A stretch of 64,000 nt of DNA from an uncultured delta proteobacterium (GTDB lineage: Bacteria > Desulfobacterota > Desulfobacteria > Desulfobacterales > JAHEIW01). The notes under the pieces were generated by a model that worked only from the letters and a program-made list of their open reading frames with translations, was not told where the DNA came from and ran no database searches. Of this stretch, positions 1-8,285 are shown in pieces. Each line of letters starts with the position of its first letter. Position 1 is the first letter of the stretch. Where the stretch lies: assembly GCA_963706575.1 (NCBI GenBank), contig CAVPNL010000009.1, positions 224,001 through 288,000 of the forward strand, read 5' to 3'. The position numbers and the translations under genes were made by a program.

Positions 1-935
1 AAGATAGAGATTTAGTGGCCGCCCGGCATTTAAAAAGGCTAAAGGGTGAAAAAGTACCCGGCACCCACTCATTCCGGGTGATCAGTAAAGAGGGCAGAGA
101 AATATGGGTCGAGCACACCGCCGTGTGCGTTAGTTGGGAAGGGCAGCCGGCCACTTTAAATTTTGTTCGCAACATCACCAAAAAGAAAAAACTGGACGCC
201 CAACTTCAATTTGCCGCCAGACTGGAAGCCATCGGCACCCTGGCTGGCGGGATTGCGCATGCATTTAATAACCTCTTGATGGGCATCCAGGGGCACACCT
301 CGCTGCTGCTGCTTGACCTCGAATCCAAACATCCTCATTATTCGGCCTTAAAAAAAATCGAAAACGCAATTCAAGGGGGTGCCGAGCTCACCAGCCAATT
401 GATCGGCTACGCGCGCAAAGGCAGATATCGGTCCAAATCCATTGCCATTAACGAAATTATTGAAAATACTTCCCAGACGTTTCAAAAAATGAAAAGGGAA
501 ATTACCATCCACCGTGAACTTACCCAAAGGCCGCATGCCATCGAAGCCGACCAGGGCCAGATGGAACAAATGCTGCTAAATCTTTTTATTAATGCGGCCG
601 ATGCCATGCCGGATGGGGGGAATATTTATTTGAAAACCAAAAACGTGACCCACCGCGATATCAAAAGCAAACTTTACGAGGCCACTCCGGGAAAATACGT
701 CAGGATCACGGTCTCGGACAGAGGCGTCGGAATCGATAAAAAAATACAGCATCGTATTTTTGATCCTTTTTTTACGACCAAAAAAACCGGTAAAGGGACC
801 GGCCTCGGACTGGCCTCGGTTTACGGGATCGTAAAAAGCCACGAAGGTTATATTAACGCGGAGTCTAAAAAGGGCCGCGGAACCACGTTTTTTATTTATC
901 TACCGGCAGCGGATAAGCGGAAAACCAAGAAATAA
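1..935 (+). CDS. PAS-domain sensor histidine kinase (NtrB/CckA-like), 5'-truncated by the window
   Basis: Frame is open from the window start (..DRDLVAARH..). PAS/PAC tail, H-box '[13 protein letters not shown]', N-box '[10 protein letters not shown]', G boxes 'DRGVG', 'FDPFFTTK', 'GTGLGL'. Confidence 0.92.
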   Translation, partial: DRDLVAARHLKRLKGEKVPGTHSFRVISKEGREIWVEHTAVCVSWEGQPATLNFVRNITKKKKLDAQLQFAARLEAIGTLAGGIAHAFNNLLMGIQGHTSLLLLDLESKHPHYSALKKIENAIQGGAELTSQLIGYARKGRYRSKSIAINEIIENTSQTFQKMKREITIHRELTQRPHAIEADQGQMEQMLLNLFINAADAMPDGGNIYLKTKNVTHRDIKSKLYEATPGKYVRITVSDRGVGIDKKIQHRIFDPFFTTKKTGKGTGLGLASVYGIVKSHEGYINAESKKGRGTTFFIYLPAADKRKTKK

Positions 936-962
936 AAACCAAAATAATTAGCGGATGGAAAA

Positions 963-1610
963 ATGCTTGAAAAAATATCGAAGTTAAATCTGGTTCGTAT
1001 TGGAAGCTATATTACTTACAGCAGTCTCAAAAAAATCGGCGACGACCTGCTGGAATCCTTTTCCGGTATCATCGGTGAGGTCGATCTGTCACATCATGAT
1101 TCGCCGATGATTGACAGCATCGATGCACAGCTGCTGACTGTGATACTGGGAGAGGAATATATCGGAAATACGCTGGGTATCACCGATGCTGATTTAAAAA
1201 TAGATGACGGGGATGAATTTTATAACTCGATTATCGGCGGGAAAAATCCTAAAAATGATGTGGCCGTTGTTTCTACTAAAAAATTGACTCCCCGGCGGAT
1301 GGAATCCGACGAAGAAATTGAACGGTTTCTCGATCGGACCACCAAGGTGGCCTTGCATGAGGTCGGTCATAATTTTGGGTTAACCGATCATGCCTCTTTT
1401 AAACCGGCACCGGATGGCGCTTTGTGCCCCATGAGCAGGGGCGAGTTTAATAAATTCGGCTATCGGGGATATGTGCGGGCCATTGTCGATGGCCGCGGGC
1501 TTAAATTTTGCGATGAATGCAGCGGTTTTTTAAGGGCGATTTATGGATATCGGCGCGCGTCAAAAGGGCTGGTAAAGGACGGGCTGGTCTCAAATTCCAA
1601 CCAGTCTTGA
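963..1610 (+). CDS. archaemetzincin-like (peptidase M54) zinc metalloprotease
   Basis: HEVGHNFGLTDH (HExxHxxGxxxH), Met-turn 'CPM' and C-terminal 'FCDEC' cysteines typical of archaemetzincins. Confidence 0.8.
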   Translation: MLEKISKLNLVRIGSYITYSSLKKIGDDLLESFSGIIGEVDLSHHDSPMIDSIDAQLLTVILGEEYIGNTLGITDADLKIDDGDEFYNSIIGGKNPKNDVAVVSTKKLTPRRMESDEEIERFLDRTTKVALHEVGHNFGLTDHASFKPAPDGALCPMSRGEFNKFGYRGYVRAIVDGRGLKFCDECSGFLRAIYGYRRASKGLVKDGLVSNSNQS

Positions 1611-1615
1611 ATTGA

Positions 1616-1712
1616 GAAAATTCCAAATTACAAAACACAAATATCAAACAAATCACAATGACCCAAATTCAAAATATTTAACTTTTGGTCATTGATAAAT
1701 TGAAATTTTGGT
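1616..1712. repeat. degenerate inverted-arm repeat of tandem CAAAT/CAAA-rich units
   Basis: Left arm 'ttccaaattacaaaacacaaatatcaaacaaatcacaatgacccaaattcaaa'; right arm 'ttttggtcattgataaattgaaattttgg'. Lies between convergent genes. Confidence 0.55.
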
Positions 1713-1729
1713 TTTCCAGGTAGTACCAC

Positions 1730-2182
1730 TCAAATAACCTTCAGCAACTTTTCGATACTTTTGCGGCGTTCCGAAATTACAAATGATTTCGGTGCTGCAA
1801 AAATCTCTTCCGACATCTCCAGCAATGCATTTCGGGCAGCCATAATATCGGCCTCTCTGGGTAGAAAAAATACGACCCTGGCGAACGAATAAAAGGGTAC
1901 CAGGCGATAGCCTGCATTGAGCATGGATGACAGTTTGCGATATTCATCTGCTGCCTGTTCCAATTTCTCCTGATCAATAGCCTGTCCCGCCGCTTCCCCG
2001 GAGCGCTCTTCAGAAGATGCAAGCTTAAAAACATGTGAATAATGAATAAGCTTGAAAGCAATCTCGGCGATGACGCGCTTGAGCTCCTGCACAGGGTCGA
2101 TGACAATTTTAACAATGATCTCGCCTAAAACATAGATAATCACCCCGGCCAGAATAATATAAAATACGAGTGCGATTTCCAT
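1730..2182 (-). CDS. hypothetical membrane protein (single N-terminal TM)
   Basis: 150-aa ORF, ATG at 2182 with GGAG RBS, hydrophobic N-terminus followed by a helical domain. Confidence 0.7.
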   Translation of the reverse strand: MEIALVFYIILAGVIIYVLGEIIVKIVIDPVQELKRVIAEIAFKLIHYSHVFKLASSEERSGEAAGQAIDQEKLEQAADEYRKLSSMLNAGYRLVPFYSFARVVFFLPREADIMAARNALLEMSEEIFAAPKSFVISERRKSIEKLLKVI

Positions 2183-2371
2183 GATCTTTTCTCCGTCAAT
2201 GATCTCAAAAAACCCCAATTCTCAATTAGAGAAATGGGACTTTAAAATTAGCCCATTTTGTCACCTTTCGGCACGGATTTAATTCTGATTAATATTGAAC
2301 AGTTATCATGGGTTGTGTTTTTAAGTCAACAGCATTGAAATAACATGTTGTTGGTCAGCCATAAAGCGTTT

Positions 2372-2722
2372 TTAGAAATTAAATACTTTGCCTTCTGCGG
2401 CAAGATCAATCAAATGGGGTCCGCCGTCCAGGGCCATATTTGAAAAAAAGTTTGACTCGTCTACCTGACGAGCTTTGGCACACGGAATTCAGACGCCAAT
2501 GGGGACTTCGTTTTCAACCAGATACGGCAAATACTCATTGGGGGTATCACCGGTCGGCGTTTTCGTATCAAAATCTCTGGTTGAATCCGCCCACAGGACA
2601 CCATCATCAATAAAAAACAGGTTAACGTCATGCCCTTTTGAATGCGCAATTTGAGCAAATTGAAAACAGCGAGTTGCTGCCTGGTTGTCATCTCGGCTTA
2701 GCACGAACAGAAAATTCGCCAT
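2372..2722 (-). CDS. DsrE/DsrF-like (sulfur-relay) selenoprotein; UGA at 2489-2491 read as Sec (UxxC motif)
   Basis: DsrE-type N-terminus 'GHDVNLFFIDDGV'. The frame continues through TGA as PIGV-U-IPCAKARQVDESNFFSNMALDGGPHLIDLAAEGKVFNF-TAA (116 aa). A SECIS-like hairpin follows the UGA; AGGAGG RBS. Confidence 0.88.
2455..2473 (-). promoter_or_regulatory. bacterial SECIS element candidate
   Basis: Minus-strand GCUCGUC-AGGUA-GACGAGU stem-loop starts 15 nt after the UGA and has a G-containing apical loop. Confidence 0.8.
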
Positions 2723-2880
2723 CACAAACCTCCTTTCTTTTGAGCAAAATTAAGCGCTTAATGTATTCTTCTTTGAAGGAAGATTTATCAGAATTCACTT
2801 AAGATTTTCAACCGAAAAGATAAGAAGAAATGCGTAGCGTAAAAGGCGCAGAGGGCATTAACTTGAAAACATCTCAATTT

Positions 2881-3051
2881 TTAGAAATGCATAAAATCAT
2901 TGGCGTCCAGCCATATTTCCCATGAGTCGTCGCTTTCCGCCATGAATTGTCCTCTGGGAACCACGATCTGTCTTTTTCCGTCATGACCTGGCAAGGATGA
3001 TTCTATGCGTTTCAGAAGGGAGATTTGCTTTAAAATTTTAATAGGGAACAA
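2881..3051 (-). CDS. possible small ORF or gene fragment (56 aa)
   Basis: TTG..TAA frame LFPIKILKQISLLKRIESSLPGHDGKRQIVVPRGQFMAESDDSWEIWLDANDFMHF; no clear RBS. Confidence 0.25.
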   Translation of the reverse strand: MFPIKILKQISLLKRIESSLPGHDGKRQIVVPRGQFMAESDDSWEIWLDANDFMHF

Positions 3052-3285
3052 GGTGCGCTATTTTTTTAAGGATAATCTCAGGGTAATTACAGATTATTTA
3101 TTTTAGCAGTTGAAATTTAGCCGGATAGTCTTACTATGATAAAAACAGAAAATTTCAGAATTGAAAACTTTTTTAAAAGCATTATCTTTCGGGGTCTTAA
3201 TTTAATTAATATTATAGAATCAATACCGTCAATCTCAATCGAACACCCGACCTATATATCTTTATAGATAGAGAAATGGAGGTTA

Positions 3286-3675
3286 ATGATGAACAATCAA
3301 ATCATAAAGCTTTTTGTGGTAATTCTGTCAGCTATTTTTCTGCTCAGCTCGCCGGCGTTAGGCGGCGGCAAGGCCAAGGGCAAAAATAAAACCCAACCGC
3401 CCGGCTGGGAGCAGGGCGAGAAGACCGGCTGGAAAGGCGAAGATACGCCTCCCGGGTTAACCGAAGAGAAAATGGAGAAGAAACAAAAATCCCGAATGAA
3501 GGGCGATGAGGCCAAGGCAGAAGCGGAAGGTGAAAAAGCTAAACAGGGGACCGAACTGCAAGAGGAAAAAACAGAACAGGAAGCTGAGATAGAGAAAGAG
3601 AAAAAGAAACAAGAAGCGGAGTTAAAAAAAGAAAAGAAAAGAATAAAATCTAACTCGAAGAAGAAAAATGGGTAG
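3286..3675 (+). CDS. exported, highly charged (K/E-rich) hypothetical protein with PPGW/PPGL motifs
   Basis: GGAGG RBS, signal-peptide-like N-terminus, low-complexity K/E tail. Confidence 0.75.
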   Translation: MMNNQIIKLFVVILSAIFLLSSPALGGGKAKGKNKTQPPGWEQGEKTGWKGEDTPPGLTEEKMEKKQKSRMKGDEAKAEAEGEKAKQGTELQEEKTEQEAEIEKEKKKQEAELKKEKKRIKSNSKKKNG

Positions 3676-3869
3676 AAGGGTTTCATGCCCACGCTGCCGA
3701 TGGGCTGGATTTCTAAAAGGCTGGTCCTGTTTAAAAACGCCAGAGATAAACCGGGATTCATATTAAGCCCTTCTGCCAGCGATGCAGTTGGTTCGCCTCC
3801 TACGAAAAAACAGGGATAATCGGATTTCGTTGCGAATCCCTGTGCGAGTCTGAGAATTTGAAAAAATGC

Positions 3870-3898
3870 TTGACATGCTACAGAGTAGCACTTATATA
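3870..3898 (+). promoter_or_regulatory. sigma70-like promoter with a palindrome in the spacer
   Basis: TTGACA-N17-TATATA; the spacer contains TGCTAC-aga-GTAGCA. No downstream CDS on this strand. Confidence 0.55.
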
Positions 3899-3903
3899 TA
3901 AAT

Positions 3904-4005
3904 TTCAGAGTTGAAAGACTCTAAGCATTATTATACCTCCAAGCTTTTTTCTTTTCCATTCTATGAAAGGGCGGTTCATACCTCCGTGAGCCGCCTTTTT
4001 CATTT
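3904..4005 (+). ncRNA. candidate ~100-nt sRNA with two AUACCUCC (anti-SD) motifs
   Basis: 5' GAAA-tetraloop hairpin (3907-3922), ATACCTCC at 3933-3940, and a 3' terminator-like hairpin 3963-4003 whose loop is ACCTCC, followed by a U-run. Confidence 0.5.
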
Positions 4006-4018
4006 AATCGGTAATTAT

Positions 4019-4127
4019 TAGAACCTATCTCAAAAATAGCAGATCACATCTCCCGCTTCAGTGGGGCCCTTGCGCCTGATCTGAGGTTTTGAAACCACTT
4101 CTATATGTATTTTTAAGGTAGGTTCTA
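4019..4127. mobile_element. MITE-like element (type-1 ends) enclosing a type-2 MITE right end
   Basis: TIRs TAGAACCTATCTCAAAAATA / TATTTTTAAGGTAGGTTCTA. The internal 'cctgatctgaggttttgaaaccacttcta' is identical to the end of the 62583 copy. Confidence 0.7.
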
Positions 4128-4144
4128 CTGATTTTGGTGCGGCT

Positions 4145-5116
4145 TCATTGAATCTTACGTCTCGAATCATTGAATTCACGGTTGCTGGTTTGTATTGTGT
4201 CCGGGGTGCGGGATTCAGTCTTTTTAGGAATTTCCGGCAGCAGTTCTTCTATGATTTGCGTGCGCTTTAAAGGGGAAAGGTCGCGTTCGAGCGGTTTTAC
4301 TTTTTTGAGCAAATCTTCATCTTGCTGTACGCGCTGCCAAAATGTGAGCATGGCCCTGGGGGAATACTTTGAGCGATCCATAATCAGAATCGCGATCATT
4401 GCTGCCTCGCGTTCTTCTTCTGCACTGTATTCACGGTCCAGTGAATCCAAATCCGCCAGCTCAACATAGCTCCATTTCATCCAACCCTGGCCGCTAATCA
4501 CAACTGCTCCCTGGGAGGCCGTCATAATGGCGATACTGGTAGCCATTTCAGCCACATTAAAGAAAATATCAGTCCACAGCGTAAATTGTACGGGATACGT
4601 ATGCCGGGCCAACACATGGGCAATTTCACAGGCCATCAGCGCGGCGATTTCATCCTCGTTTTCGGCGACATCCAGAAAACCGGACCATACAAAAATGTAG
4701 TTTCCATGAACAGCACGAACATCGACCGTGTTGGGATCGTCAAGGAGATAAATATGCCAGGGCAGGTGATCGGCTTCTGCAGCTTGTATCAGATGATCGA
4801 GAATGGTTACCAGCCGGTCATAGCGTTTCGGATTGGCATCCAATCCATAATCGTCACACAAATCCTCATATAATTTTTTTCCGTATTCGGCTTCTCCCGG
4901 GGCCAGTGCATCTATTTTGGGGATTGTACCCGGTTCGATGATTCGGGGTTTAACCGTGCAAGCGTTACCAGAAAAAAGAATCCCGGCGGAAATCAATACC
5001 GTAAATGCGAAACGGGATGCCAAATTAGCCAGGCCATGTAGTGGTGGCACGAAGGTCCTTCCGATCTTAATCGGTTGCGATTGCAATCTTAGACGGGCAA
5101 AAAGAGCCGATTTCAA
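4145..5116 (-). CDS. M48-family (BepA/LoiP-like) metallopeptidase homolog with an altered zinc motif, probable lipoprotein
   Basis: M48 context 'ENEDEIAALMACEIAHVLARH' and 'YSAEEEREA'; HExxH appears as CEIAH; Cys after a hydrophobic stretch. Start codon uncertain. Confidence 0.75.
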   Translation of the reverse strand: MKSALFARLRLQSQPIKIGRTFVPPLHGLANLASRFAFTVLISAGILFSGNACTVKPRIIEPGTIPKIDALAPGEAEYGKKLYEDLCDDYGLDANPKRYDRLVTILDHLIQAAEADHLPWHIYLLDDPNTVDVRAVHGNYIFVWSGFLDVAENEDEIAALMACEIAHVLARHTYPVQFTLWTDIFFNVAEMATSIAIMTASQGAVVISGQGWMKWSYVELADLDSLDREYSAEEEREAAMIAILIMDRSKYSPRAMLTFWQRVQQDEDLLKKVKPLERDLSPLKRTQIIEELLPEIPKKTESRTPDTIQTSNREFNDSRRKIQ

Positions 5117-5326
5117 ACCACTTCAGTAATTCAGCCGTCGTCCATCAAAATAATCTTCTGATTCAGATACGTTTCTGTAACACAGGCCCGGATCGATAGA
5201 AAGCATGAAATAAAATTCAGATTTTCATTAAAGTTTTCCCCATTTTTTGCCGATTAAATAAGATAACATAATCCATAGCTTACGTTCTGATCGTCACCAA
5301 TCCCCTTATTCGAGGAGAGTGATATT

Positions 5327-5986
5327 ATGTATTTGAAATTATTTAAAATATTTGCGGTTTTGCTTTTTGTGGTGTTTGTTTTGCCTGCGGGGAATTCGTT
5401 TGCCTTTAAATCATTGACCCGCGACCAGCTGATTTATGATGCCATTGAATTTTGCCCGGCGGAGCTTAAAGCGTATCTGCGCAGCAATTTAGCAACGATC
5501 TCGACGGGGATGCATTATAAGGAAAGACACCACCGCGGTGTAAATACCTTAATTGATCCGTACGATATCGAACTGATTTATCAGCATCTCATCGAGGATT
5601 TAAAAGAAGGAAGATATGACGAATTCAATACGGCGCACGCTTTTGGCGTTCTGGCCTGCTTTCTGGCAGAAACGATCTCTCCGGATAATTACAAAACACC
5701 CGATCATCTTATACCGGAAAAGGTGCAATACGATGGTTTCCAGCAAATTGAAACAGCGCGTGTCAAACCCCATATCACCAGTCTGATTGAGAACTACCGT
5801 ATTCCCTGCCAGAACAGAATGAAAAAGGAAATTACCGATCAGCTTTATAATGTAGCGCTCAACGAAATTGTTGATTACTGGGTCAGTGCCTGGGAATCCG
5901 GCGGTAATCAGGCAGGCATGTTTGCCAGTGTCGGTGAAGAGATTACCCACAAGAACCTGGTGCTTAATTTTAAGGTGGTCGGCTGA
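5327..5986 (+). CDS. exported hypothetical protein, possibly a degenerate phospholipase C/P1-nuclease fold
   Basis: AGGAG RBS, signal peptide ending 'NSFA'. 'GVLACFLAETISP' resembles the GxLxH(Y/F)xxDxxxP helix of that fold. Confidence 0.65.
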   Translation: MYLKLFKIFAVLLFVVFVLPAGNSFAFKSLTRDQLIYDAIEFCPAELKAYLRSNLATISTGMHYKERHHRGVNTLIDPYDIELIYQHLIEDLKEGRYDEFNTAHAFGVLACFLAETISPDNYKTPDHLIPEKVQYDGFQQIETARVKPHITSLIENYRIPCQNRMKKEITDQLYNVALNEIVDYWVSAWESGGNQAGMFASVGEEITHKNLVLNFKVVG

Positions 5987-6059
5987 CGGCCGCGTTAACG
6001 GGCAGGTTCTGCCCGTCAATTTCCGGGAAATAATTAAACGGATTTCTTAAATCCGTCTC

Positions 6060-6094
6060 AAAAATCCCGCCCCTATCCGGGCGGGATTTTTTTT
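6060..6094. terminator. bidirectional intrinsic terminator
   Basis: aaaaatcccgccc-ctatcc-gggcgggattttttttt at a convergent junction. Confidence 0.7.
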
Positions 6095-7839
6095 GTGATA
6101 CGTTTGAGATCTTCCCATTCATCGGTGAGCATGGCATTGGGGACGTATCCGGAAATCCAATCCCTGTAAGTTCGCATATTGATCTGTTGATACAAAGGAA
6201 TGCCGATGGCGTCTTCAAACCACAGGTGCTGCAGCCGGGTGTAAATTCCTTCGCGTTTTGCCGGCTCCACGGTGGCGATGCCGGTCTCGCAAAGCCGGTC
6301 GACTTCGTCATTCTTATAGGCCATGAATTTGCCGTAAACGCCCCGGGAGTGCATGAAGGTGTTCAGGAAGTTGTGAGGGTCCGCATAGTCGGCAGCCCAG
6401 CCGGTAATAAAAATCGGATACATAAAGCTGCGGTACTGAACCAGATAATCCTTCCATTCCACGTTGCGGATCTCGATGTTGAATTTGGGATTCAGCGACA
6501 TGATGTTTTCAGCCAGCATAATCGCCGCAGCCTCACGCATGGCATTGCCGGAATTGTAGGTGATGACCATTTTAAACCCGTTATCCCACACCTTGCCGCC
6601 CCAGGCTTTTTGCAGAAAAGCTCTGGATTTATCCAGATCAAACGCATACACCGGTACCGTTTTGTGATAGGGAAGCCCCTCGATATTGGGGCTGGTGGGC
6701 ATAATCACCAGACCGTTAAAAACATCTTCACGGTAAGTTTTGCGGTCCACGGCGTGCAAAAAAGCCTTGCGAACGTTGATATCCGAGAAGAAATCGGGCG
6801 GGATACCGTTACCGTCCAGTTTGCCGCTGCCGATATTGGGGTTGCCGGTGGGGTCGACTTTCTGGCAAAAGAGCGCAAATGACACCGATAGCTGGGGTAC
6901 GCGGTAAAACTTCAGGCCCTTCATGGCCTTGACCTCGGGCACGTAGGGGATGTCCACCGTGACCCGGTCGGCATGCCCGTTTTGCAGCATGAGTTTACGG
7001 GTGCTCCATTCCTTTACGTATTTGACAATGGCCGTTTTGAGTGCCGGCCGAGCTCCCCAGTAGCCCTCAAACCGTTCGAACACGAACTCCTTGGAGGGCC
7101 TCCAGGATTTCATGCGAAAGGCGCCGGTACCGTTGGTAATTTTTTGCAGCGGTTCATGGCCGGGTGCCGGATTGTTGTATTTGGCCGCATTATTGATATT
7201 GCCGTCCCAGCATCCATTGGCGACGGCCCATTCCCTGTTCAGGATTACCGATGAGGAATATGCCAGAATTCCCATCAGGGGTGGATACGGCCTGGGCAGA
7301 TGGAAAACGACGCTGTCGCCTTTAACTTCTACCGCCTGGTCGATCGTTTTAAAAATTCCCGTTATGATTTTTCCGTCTTCATCCCGGGTTGAGCTTTGAC
7401 CGGTCAATGCTTCCAGCAGCATCCACATGGGACCGCCGTCCGGATCGGCGATCATGTTGCGTTTAAAAGAATATACGACATCTTGCGGAGTTAACTCGGC
7501 ACCGTCATGGAATTTGATGCCGCTTCGGATAGGAAAGGTATAAATCGTACCGCCGCTGCTGATGCCGCCGTTTTCCAGCGTGGGCACCCGGGTGGTCAGA
7601 ACCGGTACGAACGCATCGGTTCTTGATCCGTCAAAAAACACCAGCGGCTCGTAGATGTTCCAAATGCGCTGGGACCCGGTCGCATCATAGCATGCAGCCG
7701 GGTCCAGCGTTCGCAGGGTCCCATAGGTGGCTAAAACAAAGATGTCCGTAATTTCGACTTTATCCTGATCCTTCTGGTCCGTGCAGGCACTGATGGAAAA
7801 AACTAAAAAAAAGATGAGAACCAGGGTGGTGAGTTTCAT
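6073..7839 (-). CDS. ABC transporter substrate-binding lipoprotein, family 5 (peptide/nickel)
   Basis: Lipobox 'ISAC', 'LDPA', 'YTFPIRSGIKFHDG', 'GTGAF', 'GWAADYADP'. No permease adjacent. Confidence 0.92.
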   Translation of the reverse strand: MKLTTLVLIFFLVFSISACTDQKDQDKVEITDIFVLATYGTLRTLDPAACYDATGSQRIWNIYEPLVFFDGSRTDAFVPVLTTRVPTLENGGISSGGTIYTFPIRSGIKFHDGAELTPQDVVYSFKRNMIADPDGGPMWMLLEALTGQSSTRDEDGKIITGIFKTIDQAVEVKGDSVVFHLPRPYPPLMGILAYSSSVILNREWAVANGCWDGNINNAAKYNNPAPGHEPLQKITNGTGAFRMKSWRPSKEFVFERFEGYWGARPALKTAIVKYVKEWSTRKLMLQNGHADRVTVDIPYVPEVKAMKGLKFYRVPQLSVSFALFCQKVDPTGNPNIGSGKLDGNGIPPDFFSDINVRKAFLHAVDRKTYREDVFNGLVIMPTSPNIEGLPYHKTVPVYAFDLDKSRAFLQKAWGGKVWDNGFKMVITYNSGNAMREAAAIMLAENIMSLNPKFNIEIRNVEWKDYLVQYRSFMYPIFITGWAADYADPHNFLNTFMHSRGVYGKFMAYKNDEVDRLCETGIATVEPAKREGIYTRLQHLWFEDAIGIPLYQQINMRTYRDWISGYVPNAMLTDEWEDLKRITKKIPPG

Positions 7840-8087
7840 TTCTTTTTAACTGCCCGGTAGATAATGAGTAGAACCACTGAGCCGCAAACGGCAATAATCA
7901 AACTGCGCAGGTCAAAGCCGGTGACTTTGCCGAACCCAATGGCCGAGCTGATAAAACCGCCGCCGATAGCGCCGGCAATTCCAAGCAAAATGGTGATGAA
8001 GATTCCACCCGGATCTTTGCCGGGCATGATAAATTTTGCAATTACCCCGACAATCAATCCCAGAATAATCCATGCAATGATTCCCAT
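7836..8087 (-). CDS. GlsB/YeaQ/YmgE (transglycosylase-associated) stress membrane protein
   Basis: 'MGIIAWIILGLIVGVIAKFIMPGKDPGG..' is typical of the family; AGGAGG RBS; ATGA overlap with the SBP gene. Confidence 0.9.
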   Translation of the reverse strand: MGIIAWIILGLIVGVIAKFIMPGKDPGGIFITILLGIAGAIGGGFISSAIGFGKVTGFDLRSLIIAVCGSVVLLIIYRAVKKK

Positions 8088-8104
8088 GTCGACCTCCTTT
8101 TTTT

Positions 8105-8157
8105 GTGGGGCAGCCCTCCGAGGCTGCCATGACGGTCGGCACAGAGGCCGACCCAGC
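8105..8157. repeat. REP-like palindrome doublet
   Basis: GTGG-GGCAGCC-ctccga-GGCTGCC with the inverted partner GGTCGGC-acagag-GCCGACC-cagc; related to 15402-15456. Confidence 0.6.
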
Positions 8158-8285
8158 TTCTTACTTCTACATCCCTTGTTCGATATTTGATATTCAAAAA
8201 AGCAGCTAATCTTATTGTGAGACCCGACTCTATCTTCGATGAATATGCATTTACGGAACATATAATAGCCGGGCGAAAATTGAAA

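Noticed and set aside
3297..3761. 154-aa F/S-rich minus-strand ORF
   Set aside because: It is the antisense mirror of the K/E-rich exported protein.
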